Source: Gammaproteobacteria bacterium (GTDB taxonomy: Bacteria > Pseudomonadota > Gammaproteobacteria > Ga0077536). Taken from it: a stretch of DNA of 64,000 bases. The stretch is taken from positions 224,001 through 288,000 of the forward strand of contig CAXXLL010000003.1 in the NCBI GenBank assembly GCA_963662545.2. The letters run 5' to 3'. The notes under the pieces are model-generated. The model was not told the DNA's origin and did not search any database. It saw only the letters and a program-made list of their open reading frames with translations. This document shows positions 30,595 to 40,535 of this stretch, piece by piece. Both the position numbers and the translations under genes were made by a program. Position 1 is the stretch's first letter; every line of letters begins with the position of its first letter.

Positions 30595-31821
30595 TCAGAC
30601 CACCCGCACTTCAGGCACGGGCACGATGAAGCGCCCGCCCGAGTCGCGATAGGCGGACTGCTGCTCGAGGATCTCCTCGGCGAAGTTCCAAGTCAGGAGC
30701 AGCACGTAATCGGGTCGCTTATCGAGCAGCGCCTCCGGCGCCAGGATCGGTATATGCGTACCGGGCGTGAAACAACCCTGCTTGACCGTACTGCGGTCGA
30801 CTACGAATTCGATCTCGTCGCCGCCGATCTCGAAGGCATTCATCAGCGTGCTGCCCTTGGCCGAGGCGCCATAGGCCGCGACGCGCTTTTGCTGGGCACC
30901 GAGTTCAGCCAGCAGGGACTTGAGATCGTGCTTGAGTCGCCACACGCGATCGGCAAATTTTTGGTAATAAGGTAAATTGCAGACGCCGGCCTCGCGCTCT
31001 TCACACAACATGGCATCGACGCGCCGGCCGACCTCCATGCCTTCGTGGCCGACGAAATACCGCAGGGTACCGCCGTGGATGGGCACGCGTTCGACATCGA
31101 CGACCGCGAGGCCGTGACGGGCGAACAGATCCGTAGCGGCATGCAGCGAAAAGTAGCTGTAGTGTTCGTGATAGATCGTGTCGAATTCGAGTTGATCGAT
31201 GAAGTCGCGGACGTACGGCGCCTCGATAAGCCCGATGCCGTCGCCTTTGAGCAGCTTTTTCAATCCCGCCGCGAAACGATTCGGATCCGGCACGTGCGCG
31301 AAGACGTTGTGGGCATGAACCAGGTCCGCAGCACGGCCCTCTTTCCGCAGCCGTGCGGCAAGATCATCGTCGAAGAACTTGGACAGCGTCGGCACATGGT
31401 GATCGCGAATCGCCTTCTCCGCCACATTCGCGGCCGGTTCGATGCCGAGCACGGGTATGCCGCGCTGCACGTAATTCTTCAGCAGGTAGCCATCGTTGCT
31501 GGCGATCTCCACCACCAGCGAGTTGCCGTCCAGGCCACGTTCGCCCGTCAGGCGCGAGCAGAGCTCGCGTGCGTGCGTAAGCATCGTTTCGGAGAACGAT
31601 GAGAAATATACGTAGTCCTTGAACAGGATCTCCGGGTCGACGGACTCGGTGATCTGTACGAGGGTACATCCCGGACAGAACACGAGATCGAGCGGATATC
31701 GGTTCTCCTCCGTCGCCAGATCTTGGGTCCTGAGAAGTGCATTGGCCAGCGGCACCTTCCCGAGCGAGAGGATATCGAGCAAGCCGTCGCCACCGCAGGA
31801 CCGGCAGATCGCTGCCTTCAT
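30595..31821 (-). CDS. NDP-hexose C3-methyltransferase
   Basis: Zn-binding [37 protein letters not shown]. Confidence 0.92.
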   Translation of the reverse strand: MKAAICRSCGGDGLLDILSLGKVPLANALLRTQDLATEENRYPLDLVFCPGCTLVQITESVDPEILFKDYVYFSSFSETMLTHARELCSRLTGERGLDGNSLVVEIASNDGYLLKNYVQRGIPVLGIEPAANVAEKAIRDHHVPTLSKFFDDDLAARLRKEGRAADLVHAHNVFAHVPDPNRFAAGLKKLLKGDGIGLIEAPYVRDFIDQLEFDTIYHEHYSYFSLHAATDLFARHGLAVVDVERVPIHGGTLRYFVGHEGMEVGRRVDAMLCEEREAGVCNLPYYQKFADRVWRLKHDLKSLLAELGAQQKRVAAYGASAKGSTLMNAFEIGGDEIEFVVDRSTVKQGCFTPGTHIPILAPEALLDKRPDYVLLLTWNFAEEILEQQSAYRDSGGRFIVPVPEVRVV

Positions 31822-32780
31822 GCGGAGGCCCTGAAGAATTCACGGTACCAGGCAATCGTCTCTTCGAGTCCTTCGCGCATCGTGTACAAGGGTTTCCAGC
31901 CGAGCATTTCGCGCGCTTTTTTCGCGCTCAGGTACTGTTTTTGGATCTCGTTACTGACCTCGTTGAGAATTTTCGGGGCTTGGCTACCCTCCATGGCCTC
32001 GACGATCAGCTCTACCAGTTCCTTCACCGTAAACTGACTCTCGTTCGAAAAATTGAAGGCTTCCCCGGCAAGCTCCGGCCGCGCCGCCAATTGCTGGGCC
32101 AGCATGATGTAGGCGCCCACGGCGTCACCGACATAGATGTAATCGCGCACGTACCCGCCGTCCGAGCGGATGATGGGCGGCGCACCGCGGACGATAGAAC
32201 GGATCGAGCCCGGCACGAGCCGGTTCCAATTGAGATCCCCGCCGCCGAAAAAGTTACCGCAGCGCGTGACGACGACCGCTGTGCCGTATGTGTGCGCATA
32301 AGCCTGCGCGATTAGATCCGAGCACGATTTACTGACGTCGTAAGGGTGGCGCCCGGTGAGCGACATGCTCTCGTCATACGGCAGTTCGTCCTTGTCGCCG
32401 TAGGCCTTGTCTGAGGACGCCGTGATGATCTGCTCTACGCTGGGGCTGCGCCGCGCCGCCTCGAGCAGGCTCCAGGTGCCACCGATATTGGACTCGAAGG
32501 TCTCGACCGGATTACGGTTCGCGACTGTAACAATGGTCTGGGCAGCGAGATGAAACACGGTCCTGACTTCGTAATCCCCGAGCATCCGCTCCAGCAACGC
32601 CTGGTCGCGGATGTCGCCGCGCACGCTTCGCACGCGCTCAATAGTCCCGGACCGCACCAACTCACTCTGCGGAACCCAATCCCGCACCAGGGCGACGACA
32701 TCCGCACCCAGCGCATGCAGCGCGGCCACGAGGCTGCTGCCCACCAGCCCCGAGGCGCCCGTTACGAGGACGGCCTGTCC
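31818..32780 (-). pseudogene. rfbG: CDP-glucose 4,6-dehydratase, 3' part (interrupted by the integrative element)
   Basis: [37 protein letters not shown]. No in-frame start precedes the Rossmann motif; the missing N-terminus is at 56670-56747. Confidence 0.88.
32768..32780 (+). repeat. Left att core GGACGGCCTGTCC
   Basis: Matches 56675-56688 with a one-base indel. Confidence 0.8.
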
Positions 32781-32923
32781 GCGTTCGCAACTTCCACGGT
32801 GTTCTGAGTGATGCCAGACTATTCATAAGATTCAATCTGTTCGGTTGACTCTGGTAGCTTGACACGTCCACTGAGTGCTACTACATTCCCACTCGTTGTG
32901 TGGGATCGAATGAGGGTACGACT

Positions 32924-34114
32924 GTGGCAGCCAGACTGACGGCGAGGTTCGCGGCGACGGTGACGAAGCCGGGCCGGCACGGCGACGGCAATGGCCTCTA
33001 TCTGCTGGTCAAGCCGAGCGGCGCGAAGTCCTGGGTTCTGCGAACCGTCGTGCGCGGGCGGCGGTGCGACATCGGACTCGGCGGCTACCCATTGGTCTCA
33101 CTGGCGGAAGCCCGAACGGCGGCTTTCGAGCATCGCAAGCTGGCTCGTGCCGGTGGCGACCCGCTGGCACGCAAGCGGCGACGGGACATACCGACCTTTG
33201 AAGAAGCCGCTCGCATGGTGATCGAAATCCACACACCGACGTGGCGCCCTGGCGGCAAGTCGGCGGAGCAATGGGAGTCCTCGTTGCGGCAATACGCCTT
33301 TCCGCGTCTCGGAGCCAAGTGCGTGGACACGATCACCACGGCGGACGTGATGGTAGTCCTGGTTCCGATCTGGACCGATAAGGCCGAGACCGCCCGCCGT
33401 GTTCGCCAACGCATCAGTGCGATCATGAAGTGGGCGGTCGCACAAGGGTATCGCGCCGACAATCCCGCCGGCGAGGCGATTGCGGCCGCATTGCCGAGAG
33501 TCGGCGACACGCGTCGGCATCTTCGAGCGGTTTATCACGCCCAGGCCGGTGACGCGGTCAGGGCGGTCAGGGGATCGCAGAGTTCGCTCGCGGCACGGCT
33601 GGCGTTCGAGTTCCTGGTTCTGACCGCGGCACGTTCCGGGGAGGTACGGGGCGCTGTGTGGTCCGAGTTCGATCTGGAGGCGGCGGTATGGACGATACCC
33701 GGCGAGCGGATGAAGGGCGGACGCGATCATCGCGTTCCGCTATCGGACCGGGCGCTGGCGCTCCTCGATGAGGCGCGGGCGCTCGATGACGGAAGCGGCT
33801 TGGTGTTTCCGTCGCCGGTCGGGCGCAAGCCGATGTCCAATTCGATGCTTTCCCAGTTGTTGCGCGAACTCGATATCGATGCCGTTCCGCACGGCTTCCG
33901 TTCGACCTTCCGGGACTGGTGTTCGGAATTCGCGCAGGCGCCTGGCGCAGTTGCCGAAGCCTGCCTCGCCCACGTCGTGAAGGGTGTCGAGGGCGCTTAT
34001 GCCCGCTCGGATCTGTTGGACCGCCGCCGCAATCTGATGGAGCGGTGGGCCGCGTATCTAAATCCCGAGCCGGCAACTGTGGTGTCGCTTGACGTGCGGC
34101 GGACGACAAGTTGA
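32924..34114 (+). CDS. Tyrosine integrase, P4-like, with arm-binding domain
   Basis: GRHGDGNGLYL...KSW arm domain; catalytic R (ARSGE), K (MKGGRDH), HGFR, H (LAH), Y (AYARSD). Confidence 0.95.
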   Translation: MAARLTARFAATVTKPGRHGDGNGLYLLVKPSGAKSWVLRTVVRGRRCDIGLGGYPLVSLAEARTAAFEHRKLARAGGDPLARKRRRDIPTFEEAARMVIEIHTPTWRPGGKSAEQWESSLRQYAFPRLGAKCVDTITTADVMVVLVPIWTDKAETARRVRQRISAIMKWAVAQGYRADNPAGEAIAAALPRVGDTRRHLRAVYHAQAGDAVRAVRGSQSSLAARLAFEFLVLTAARSGEVRGAVWSEFDLEAAVWTIPGERMKGGRDHRVPLSDRALALLDEARALDDGSGLVFPSPVGRKPMSNSMLSQLLRELDIDAVPHGFRSTFRDWCSEFAQAPGAVAEACLAHVVKGVEGAYARSDLLDRRRNLMERWAAYLNPEPATVVSLDVRRTTS

Positions 34115-34260
34115 CGCGGTGGGCAGCGATTACCACCCTCTCCCCGGGTGGGAGGACTTTAACGAATGCCGCACGACGGTCCCGGTGCCGGCGACTCCGG
34201 GCGAACCTGCGGTGAGGCCTGAGCCGTTGCGCCCATTGCCTCCGGCAAAACCGCGCAGAC

Positions 34261-35169
34261 GTGAACAAACCTAACACACCGGACACGAGCGTGCCGGCAG
34301 CGGGTGCGGATTTGGATAGGTTCCTGCTCAAGATAACCGGCTTCGCGGCCTTGACGGATTTGTTCTGTACGGGCATGTCCGAGACCGAATCCGAAAGGCT
34401 ATGTTGGGACGCCCAACATTTCGCCTTTCTGGCTTCTAATTACCGAGAGCGTTTCGAGAATGACAAAATCATCCTAAGGCATGACGAAGCCGTGGAGGCC
34501 TACCGACTCTTATCACCGCTTATACGCGCGTCACAGGACCCAATTGTTTATAGCCGGATGATGGTTTCCCGGCTTCTCGATACCGGAGGCTTGGCCCTTG
34601 ACCCTGGCGCCGTAGAGACGCTTCTCCACGAGCATGAGGATGATGCCTGTTTCGAGGGCAAAGAGGCTTGGGACAGATATATAACCCACGAAGCACTCCT
34701 CCTCTCCGTGGAGCGCATAGACCGCAAGGAGCGCACCGAAGCGATCGATCCCGATTGGCGCTGGTTGCGCGATCAGTGCCGAGACGTACTTGAACGCCGG
34801 CCCGTCACTCGCCCACGCGGCGGGAGGCTCGATCCGCGCATTCGCGAACTGCGCGACGCGCTGGTGAGCGCGTACTTGCAATTGTTCGACGGCTGCGGGC
34901 TTACCGTCACTTCCCGGAACGGTGTCTCACTTGCTAGCGCGATGGCAGAGGCGACGGACATCCCCGAAACCACCATCGACAGCATTTGGCGGCGCGCTGG
35001 CGCTGGGGTTGGAGCATTTCCACCGTATCGTGACGATATGCACTCACGGGAGCGATTCGTTACGTGCGCCGGTTGCGGCGCCCCGGTGCCGAAGATTGAC
35101 GCAGGACTCGACTTTGAGTCTGGGCGAGGCGAGCCGCGTTGCGAGTCGTGCCGCGGCCTTCGGGAATAG
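34261..35169 (+). CDS. Hypothetical protein with HTH-like segment and C-terminal CxxC...CxxC zinc finger
   Basis: CAGC...CESC near the C-terminus; lies between the integrase and alpA. Confidence 0.5.
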   Translation: MNKPNTPDTSVPAAGADLDRFLLKITGFAALTDLFCTGMSETESERLCWDAQHFAFLASNYRERFENDKIILRHDEAVEAYRLLSPLIRASQDPIVYSRMMVSRLLDTGGLALDPGAVETLLHEHEDDACFEGKEAWDRYITHEALLLSVERIDRKERTEAIDPDWRWLRDQCRDVLERRPVTRPRGGRLDPRIRELRDALVSAYLQLFDGCGLTVTSRNGVSLASAMAEATDIPETTIDSIWRRAGAGVGAFPPYRDDMHSRERFVTCAGCGAPVPKIDAGLDFESGRGEPRCESCRGLRE

Positions 35170-35266
35170 CACGACCAATTTTATTCTTCGTACCGCGAGC
35201 CGCGGTTCTTCTGTAATCCTCGCGAGCTAAGCCGGTGCCTGGCCGGTCTGAACGAGGATTTCAAAG

Positions 35267-35488
35267 ATGAACAGATTGTTGCGGCGACCCGAAGTCGAAT
35301 CGATCACCGGACTGTCGAGGGCGAGCATCTACGCCAAGATGCAGAAGGGCGAATTCCCCGCACCGGTGCGACTCGGCACCAACTCCGTAGCTTGGCGTGT
35401 AGTCGATATCGAGGCCTGGATTGAGTCCCTTCCTCCGGCGAGGTTTCACAAAGCCGGTTGTAGCGAATCCCGCAAAGCGGCGGAGTGA
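35267..35488 (+). CDS. alpA: AlpA-family regulator/excisionase
   Basis: LLRRPEVESITGLSRASIY...FPAPVRLG...VAW. Confidence 0.92.
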   Translation: MNRLLRRPEVESITGLSRASIYAKMQKGEFPAPVRLGTNSVAWRVVDIEAWIESLPPARFHKAGCSESRKAAE

Positions 35489-35613
35489 AGCGTGGAATGG
35501 GAGTTGTGCCCGGCCGCGGTGCCTTGGTATCGAGAGTTGTGTCGGCGGTGGGCGCTCTGGCGGCGTGCGTCTGCGGCGATCCGTCGGGCTGTTCACGCCC
35601 TCCGGTGTGCCGT

Positions 35614-36570
35614 ATGACCACGCCACAGTTCGACCGGCACGCGCTGCGGGCTGCGCTGCTTGAACGGCTACCGGAATTCGTGCGCGCCTACGCGCCAGCG
35701 GATACCGTAGTCCGCGAGCATGGCCACGAGATCCGCATCGGCCGCAAGGGCTCCATCGCGATTGCGCGCGACCAGGGTCTCTACTTCGATTTCGAGCATG
35801 GGCGTGGCGGTGACGTGCTCGCACTCGCGGCCGAACTCACCGGCGCCCGCGACTTCCCTTCCACGTTGCGCGCCGTGGCCGCGTTCGTTGGTGGCGTACC
35901 GATGCCGGCATCGCGTGACCGCACGCGGCGAAGCCGGCCGAAGACATCATCGACGAACACGCGGGCGGCAGCGCGAAAAATCTGGAAGGCGACCCGTCCG
36001 ATCGGCGCGACACTCGCCGCCGCGTACCTCGATGCACGTGGTGTCGAACACGTCGCCAGCGCTGCAGCGCTTCGCTTCCATGCGAGCCTCTCGCATCCCA
36101 ATGGACCGGGAGGCTTTCCAGCGCTAGTGGCGGGTGTCCAGGACGTGAGCGGGCGATTCCTTGGTATCCAACGCACGTACCTCCATGGGTCGCATAAGGC
36201 AGCCGTGGAGCCTGTACGCGCTTCGCTCGGAAGCCTCGCCGGTGGTGCGGTGCGGCTTGGCGAGCCGGTAGCGGGCCGGCTGCTGATTGGTGAGGGAATC
36301 GAATCGACGGCGGCGGCGATGCGCGTGCTCGACTGGCAGGGCGGCGCATGGGCGACGCTCGGCACGTCCGGACTGCGCGCCGTAGTATTGTCCGCTGAGA
36401 TTCGTGACGTGGTGATTGTGGCGGATCGCGATGCGAACGGCGCAGGCCAGCTTGCGGCGGCGGCGCTCGCCTGGCGGCTCGAAGCCGAAGGCCGCGTGGT
36501 CGAAATCGTCATTCCGACCGTGATTGGGCATGACTTTGCCGACGAGTTGAAGGCATCCCGCGATGCCTGA
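35614..36570 (+). CDS. Toprim-domain primase-like protein (DUF7146/Toprim_3 type)
   Basis: DFEHGRGGD, YLDARG, GIQRTYL, GEGIES, ADRD, DFAD. Confidence 0.85.
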   Translation: MTTPQFDRHALRAALLERLPEFVRAYAPADTVVREHGHEIRIGRKGSIAIARDQGLYFDFEHGRGGDVLALAAELTGARDFPSTLRAVAAFVGGVPMPASRDRTRRSRPKTSSTNTRAAARKIWKATRPIGATLAAAYLDARGVEHVASAAALRFHASLSHPNGPGGFPALVAGVQDVSGRFLGIQRTYLHGSHKAAVEPVRASLGSLAGGAVRLGEPVAGRLLIGEGIESTAAAMRVLDWQGGAWATLGTSGLRAVVLSAEIRDVVIVADRDANGAGQLAAAALAWRLEAEGRVVEIVIPTVIGHDFADELKASRDA

Positions 36571-38215
36571 ATCCATGAATTCAACCGAAGCCGCCCGCGA
36601 GGGCACGGTTCGCTCGAAGCTCCCGCCCGAAATTCGGGAACTGCTCGACGCGGCACAGACTGACATCGGAGCGCCGTTGGAGCCGCACGCGGCGGAGATA
36701 CTCCGTAAAGCGCGGTCGGAGGACTTGGCGACCTACGAACGATTTCGAGCCGAATATAGGCGTTGCGGGGGACGTATCAGCGCCCTGGACCAGGCGACGG
36801 CACCGACCGATGGTGAGCATGGTGACGGCGGGCAGGGCCGGCCCATCGAGTGGAACGATCCGGACCCATGGCCGGTGCCGGTCGATGGTGCGGCGCTGCT
36901 CAATGCCCTGTTGGCGCTGTTCGAACGTCACGCCAGCCTGCCCGAAGGGGGCGCCGTGGCCGTGGCCTTGTGGGCGCTCTACGCCTGGTGCTTCCGCGCC
37001 TTCGCCGTGTGCCCCAACCTGATGTTAACGGCGCCGGAACGCGAATCCGGCAAGACCCGTGTTACCGAAATTCTGTCTTGGACGGTCCCTAGAGCGAAGC
37101 CGGTCAGCGACGCATCCGCGGCGGCAATCATTCGCGGTATCGAACGCGACGGCCCGACGCTTCTGTTCGATGAAGCGCAACATTTTTTGCGCCGGCGACC
37201 GGGCGATCCGATCCGCGGAATCCTGCTCGCGAGTTTTACGAAGCGCTTCGCCATCGTCGAGCGGTGCGAGGGCGATGCGCATGAAGTTCGCGCCTTCTCA
37301 ACGTTCTGCCCAAAGGCGCTGAATGGGCGCAAGCTCGCGGCAATCGATGACATGCTCACGTCCCGCTCGGTGGTCGTTCCGATGATGAGGGCGACCAGGC
37401 CGCTTCCGGAATTACGGGTGGATCGCGATCCCGCAGGCGAAGACTTGCGACGCCAGTGCGCACGCTGGCGCGACGACCACCTAGCCGAACTCCGAGAAGC
37501 TGACCCCGACACAGGTGGGCGGATTGGGCGCATCGCGCAAGTCTGGCGTCCGTTGTTCGCCGTGGCGGATGCGGCTGGCGGCGAGTGGCCTAAGAAGGCG
37601 CGAGCCGCCGCGGCCGCGCTTGCGGCAATGGCGGCGACCTTTTCAGACGGTGAAACACTCGGACTGATGTTGCTCACCGACGTGCGAGCCGTGTTCGAGG
37701 AGAAGGGCAACCCGCAGCGCATCGCTTCTAAGGAACTCGACGAGGCGTTACGCGACCTTCCCGAACGGCCTTGGGCTTCGATGCCTAAGACCGGCAAGGC
37801 AATCACGGCGCAAGCGCGCGGGCGGATGCTTGCGAACTACGGTGTCAAGGCGGAAACGCTCCGGTTCGACGATGCGAAAGACGCGAAGGGGTATCGGCGC
37901 GACGCGTTCGAGGAAGTTTGGAGCGCCTACCTTCCCGAAGCGGGCGGTAATGGAACCGTTGAACCGTTGACGGGCCCTGAATCAAGGGATTTCGGCGACT
38001 CGCGAACCGTTGACGGTAATGGCAGGGTCAACGATTCGAAGAGCGCGAAAACCCCTGCACCACAAGGGGTGTCAACGGTTCAACGGTTCGAAAACAGGGG
38101 TGCGGAGGGAAAAGGCACGCCGGAACCGTTACACGAACCGCTCACGTTGCGGCAACAACCGCTTGGCAAGCTGACCGCAGCCGAAACATACCGGCGGGCG
38201 AGCCGCGGCGAGTAG
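36563..38215 (+). CDS. DUF3631-type P-loop replication/helicase-like protein
   Basis: DPWPVPVDG, APERESGKT (Walker A), TLLFDE, ERPW, KGYRRDAF..W..YL. Confidence 0.8.
   Translation: MPESMNSTEAAREGTVRSKLPPEIRELLDAAQTDIGAPLEPHAAEILRKARSEDLATYERFRAEYRRCGGRISALDQATAPTDGEHGDGGQGRPIEWNDPDPWPVPVDGAALLNALLALFERHASLPEGGAVAVALWALYAWCFRAFAVCPNLMLTAPERESGKTRVTEILSWTVPRAKPVSDASAAAIIRGIERDGPTLLFDEAQHFLRRRPGDPIRGILLASFTKRFAIVERCEGDAHEVRAFSTFCPKALNGRKLAAIDDMLTSRSVVVPMMRATRPLPELRVDRDPAGEDLRRQCARWRDDHLAELREADPDTGGRIGRIAQVWRPLFAVADAAGGEWPKKARAAAAALAAMAATFSDGETLGLMLLTDVRAVFEEKGNPQRIASKELDEALRDLPERPWASMPKTGKAITAQARGRMLANYGVKAETLRFDDAKDAKGYRRDAFEEVWSAYLPEAGGNGTVEPLTGPESRDFGDSRTVDGNGRVNDSKSAKTPAPQGVSTVQRFENRGAEGKGTPEPLHEPLTLRQQPLGKLTAAETYRRASRGE
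37953..38089. repeat. Nested inverted iteron-like repeats (candidate replication origin)
   Basis: Perfect 19-bp IR GAACCGTTGAACCGTTGAC (37953-37971 / 38071-38089) enclosing a 12-bp IR with one mismatch (38003-38014 / 38027-38038). Confidence 0.75.
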
Positions 38216-38287
38216 ATGACGCCGGTGCGCCACGACGTCGAATCCATCCCGACGGCATACGGTCGGTATACGGTATAGGAGGAATAG

Positions 38288-38542
38288 ATGGCGACACAGA
38301 ACCACGATCGCTTCGAGATATTGGCCCGCGAGTTGGCGACCGGCAAAACCGTCGAGCAAGCCATGTTGGCAGCAGGCTATGCGCCCGAGACAACACGTCA
38401 AGGGCGCGTAGCACGATGGCCGCTTGGTGTCGCCGAACAACCATCCCGAGGTAGCGGCGCGGCTGGCCGGGTTGAACCGTGCTGGCGCGCTGGGCACAAG
38501 AGCGGACTGGCGCACGCTGCCATCAGGAGCAATCGATTATGA
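38288..38542 (+). pseudogene. Small terminase-subunit-like HTH protein, probably frameshifted
   Basis: ARELATGKTVEQAMLAAGYAPET, with HPEVAARL in a neighbouring frame. RBS ggagga upstream. Confidence 0.4.
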
Positions 38543-39057
38543 CGAAAAGGAAACTTGCCAAGGGAAAGGCACCGGCGACCGTCGCCGCCAACGATGGGAA
38601 AGACGGAAGAGGCGCGCTTGCGCGTGTCGGCGGCTCGCAGTCCAACGATTGGAACACCACCATCGCGAATCAAGCGTTGCAGACGCTGTGGTTGAACAAC
38701 TCGGATGATGAGGAACGGGACCGCCAACTGCAGAGGGCCACGCTCGTCGCCTTGGCCGGCATCGGACCGAAGGACGAATTGGAAGGCATGATGGCGGCGC
38801 AGCTGCTCGCCGCACACAACACTGCGATGGAGTGCTACCGCCGGGCCATGCTCGAAGAACAGACCGTCGAGGGACGGCGCGAGAACCTCAATCAGGCGAA
38901 CAAGCTCTCGCGTACTTGGGCGACACTGCTGGAGGCGCTCAACAAGCATCGCGGCAAGGGCCAGCAGAAGGTCACGGTCGAGCACGTCCATGTCCACCCT
39001 GGCGGGCAGGCCGTAGTCGGCAATGTCGAAAGACCGGGGGGTGGGGGTGAGGAGTAA
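38539..39057 (+). CDS. Conserved hypothetical island protein
   Basis: RBS aggag; PKDELEGMMAAQ...LEALNKHRGKGQQKVTVEHVHV..GGQAVVG. The frame stays open after the TAA, to 39243. Confidence 0.75.
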   Translation: MTKRKLAKGKAPATVAANDGKDGRGALARVGGSQSNDWNTTIANQALQTLWLNNSDDEERDRQLQRATLVALAGIGPKDELEGMMAAQLLAAHNTAMECYRRAMLEEQTVEGRRENLNQANKLSRTWATLLEALNKHRGKGQQKVTVEHVHVHPGGQAVVGNVERPGGGGEE

Positions 39058-39073
39058 TTGGAGGAACAACCCC

Positions 39074-39331
39074 ATGCAAAGCAGATTGGCGATGCACCGG
39101 AGTCCTCGATGTGGAGCCCGAACGAGAAAAGGCAACCCATGCCGGTTACCCGCGATGGCGAACGGCCGATGCCGAATGCACGGGGGAAAGTCCCCCGGTG
39201 CACCGCAGGGGAACGTCAACGCTCTGAAGCACGGACGTTATAGTGCCACCGCCATCGCAGAGCGGCGGGAACTGGCAGCACTCATCCGCACCATGCGCGG
39301 TCTGATTAAAGAATGTGACGATCGGAAGTGA
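39074..39331 (+). CDS. HGGxSTG-domain protein
   Basis: CGARTRKGNPC...NGRCRMHGGKSPGAP.GN.NALKHG. Confidence 0.85.
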   Translation: MQSRLAMHRSPRCGARTRKGNPCRLPAMANGRCRMHGGKSPGAPQGNVNALKHGRYSATAIAERRELAALIRTMRGLIKECDDRK

Positions 39332-39693
39332 GGGTTGGTTCGCTCCAACGAGGTTCTCGTGCGCTGACCAGCATGCGGAAAGCGGCGGCGCGAGCCCCAT
39401 TGACATTGATGCCGGACAGTCAACAGGGAATCGTTCTAGCGGAACCCTGCCTCGATCCTGCTGTAGACTTCAATCCCTTCGAAGAGGAGGATAAACAGAA
39501 TGGGAGGTGGCAGCATGTGCGGATGTCGAAATACATGTGACCCACAATCGGCTTCGCGTCTAGTATGCCCGGTTTTCTGAGCCTCTTAAGAGATATCAAG
39601 GCCCTACATAAAGATCATTCAGATGACAGATCATGACGTTGTCTGGTATGCGCTCGCTGGCGTAAGCCTGTTGGTTGGGATTGGCATGATCAT

Positions 39694-40185
39694 ATGGGCT
39701 GGACGCGGATACGCGTACGTCAATTTGGTGTGCCAATACGGGATGCTATCGACCATGTTGTCATGACGTCTCCGCGCTCTTTGTCCAATTCAGAACGCGC
39801 CGAACGACACTTTTTTGAAGTCCTTCATGAGCAGACGTGCTCGGGCGACTTATTGGTAATCGGTAGGAAAGGCAAGACTAATGCGCCCATGCGCATTAGC
39901 GCTCGGAAATGCAAACAACTTAAGCCAATGGAAGTAGTAGTCGGGTGCTCCCCAACTTCGCCTCGCGGGGTGAGGCTTTCGCTATTCGGTGGACAAACTA
40001 GTGAGTTCACCGGGCTGCGCCTTCGCAGCCGAGACCTATATCGGATATGGCCGAAGGATCCTATGCGGCGCTGGATGGAAGAATGCGATGAGGCTCTAGA
40101 ACCCGCCATCGTTATCCATACCGACGGCAGAGAGGAGGAAATTCTCGCCCTCGTCTGCTCACGCCCTATAGAAAGAAGAAATTGA
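39694..40185 (+). CDS. Hypothetical protein
   Basis: 163-aa ORF with no recognised motif. A TM-like segment upstream in another frame suggests a frameshifted 5' end. Confidence 0.35.
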   Translation: MGWTRIRVRQFGVPIRDAIDHVVMTSPRSLSNSERAERHFFEVLHEQTCSGDLLVIGRKGKTNAPMRISARKCKQLKPMEVVVGCSPTSPRGVRLSLFGGQTSEFTGLRLRSRDLYRIWPKDPMRRWMEECDEALEPAIVIHTDGREEEILALVCSRPIERRN

Positions 40186-40535
40186 CCCTATCCGAAGCAC
40201 TTAGAAAATGAAGAACCATCGCTTGGGAGAACGGGCACTGTGAGCGTTTCAACGCACGCTTCCGTGATTCGTTGCCCGACGGGGACATCTTTTACAGCTT
40301 ACGAGAGGCGCAGATTCTGATCGAACCATGAAGGAGGCACTACCACACAAAACGGCCCCACAGCGCTTTGGGCTACCCACTACCGGCCCCGGAGACCATC
40401 GTTTCCATGGGCCAAAGGCCGATCATGCGCTAACAATCAAAATGGCACACCCAATCAGGGCAGGTCAATGGCTTTTAGCAGCTCCCGCCGCATTTCTGCT
40501 CTGTTGATCAACCTGGTTAGCCAAGAACGAACGAA

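Noticed and set aside
32924-39331. Intact prophage or ICE
   Set aside because: No structural, lysis, relaxase or type IV secretion genes lie between the att sites.
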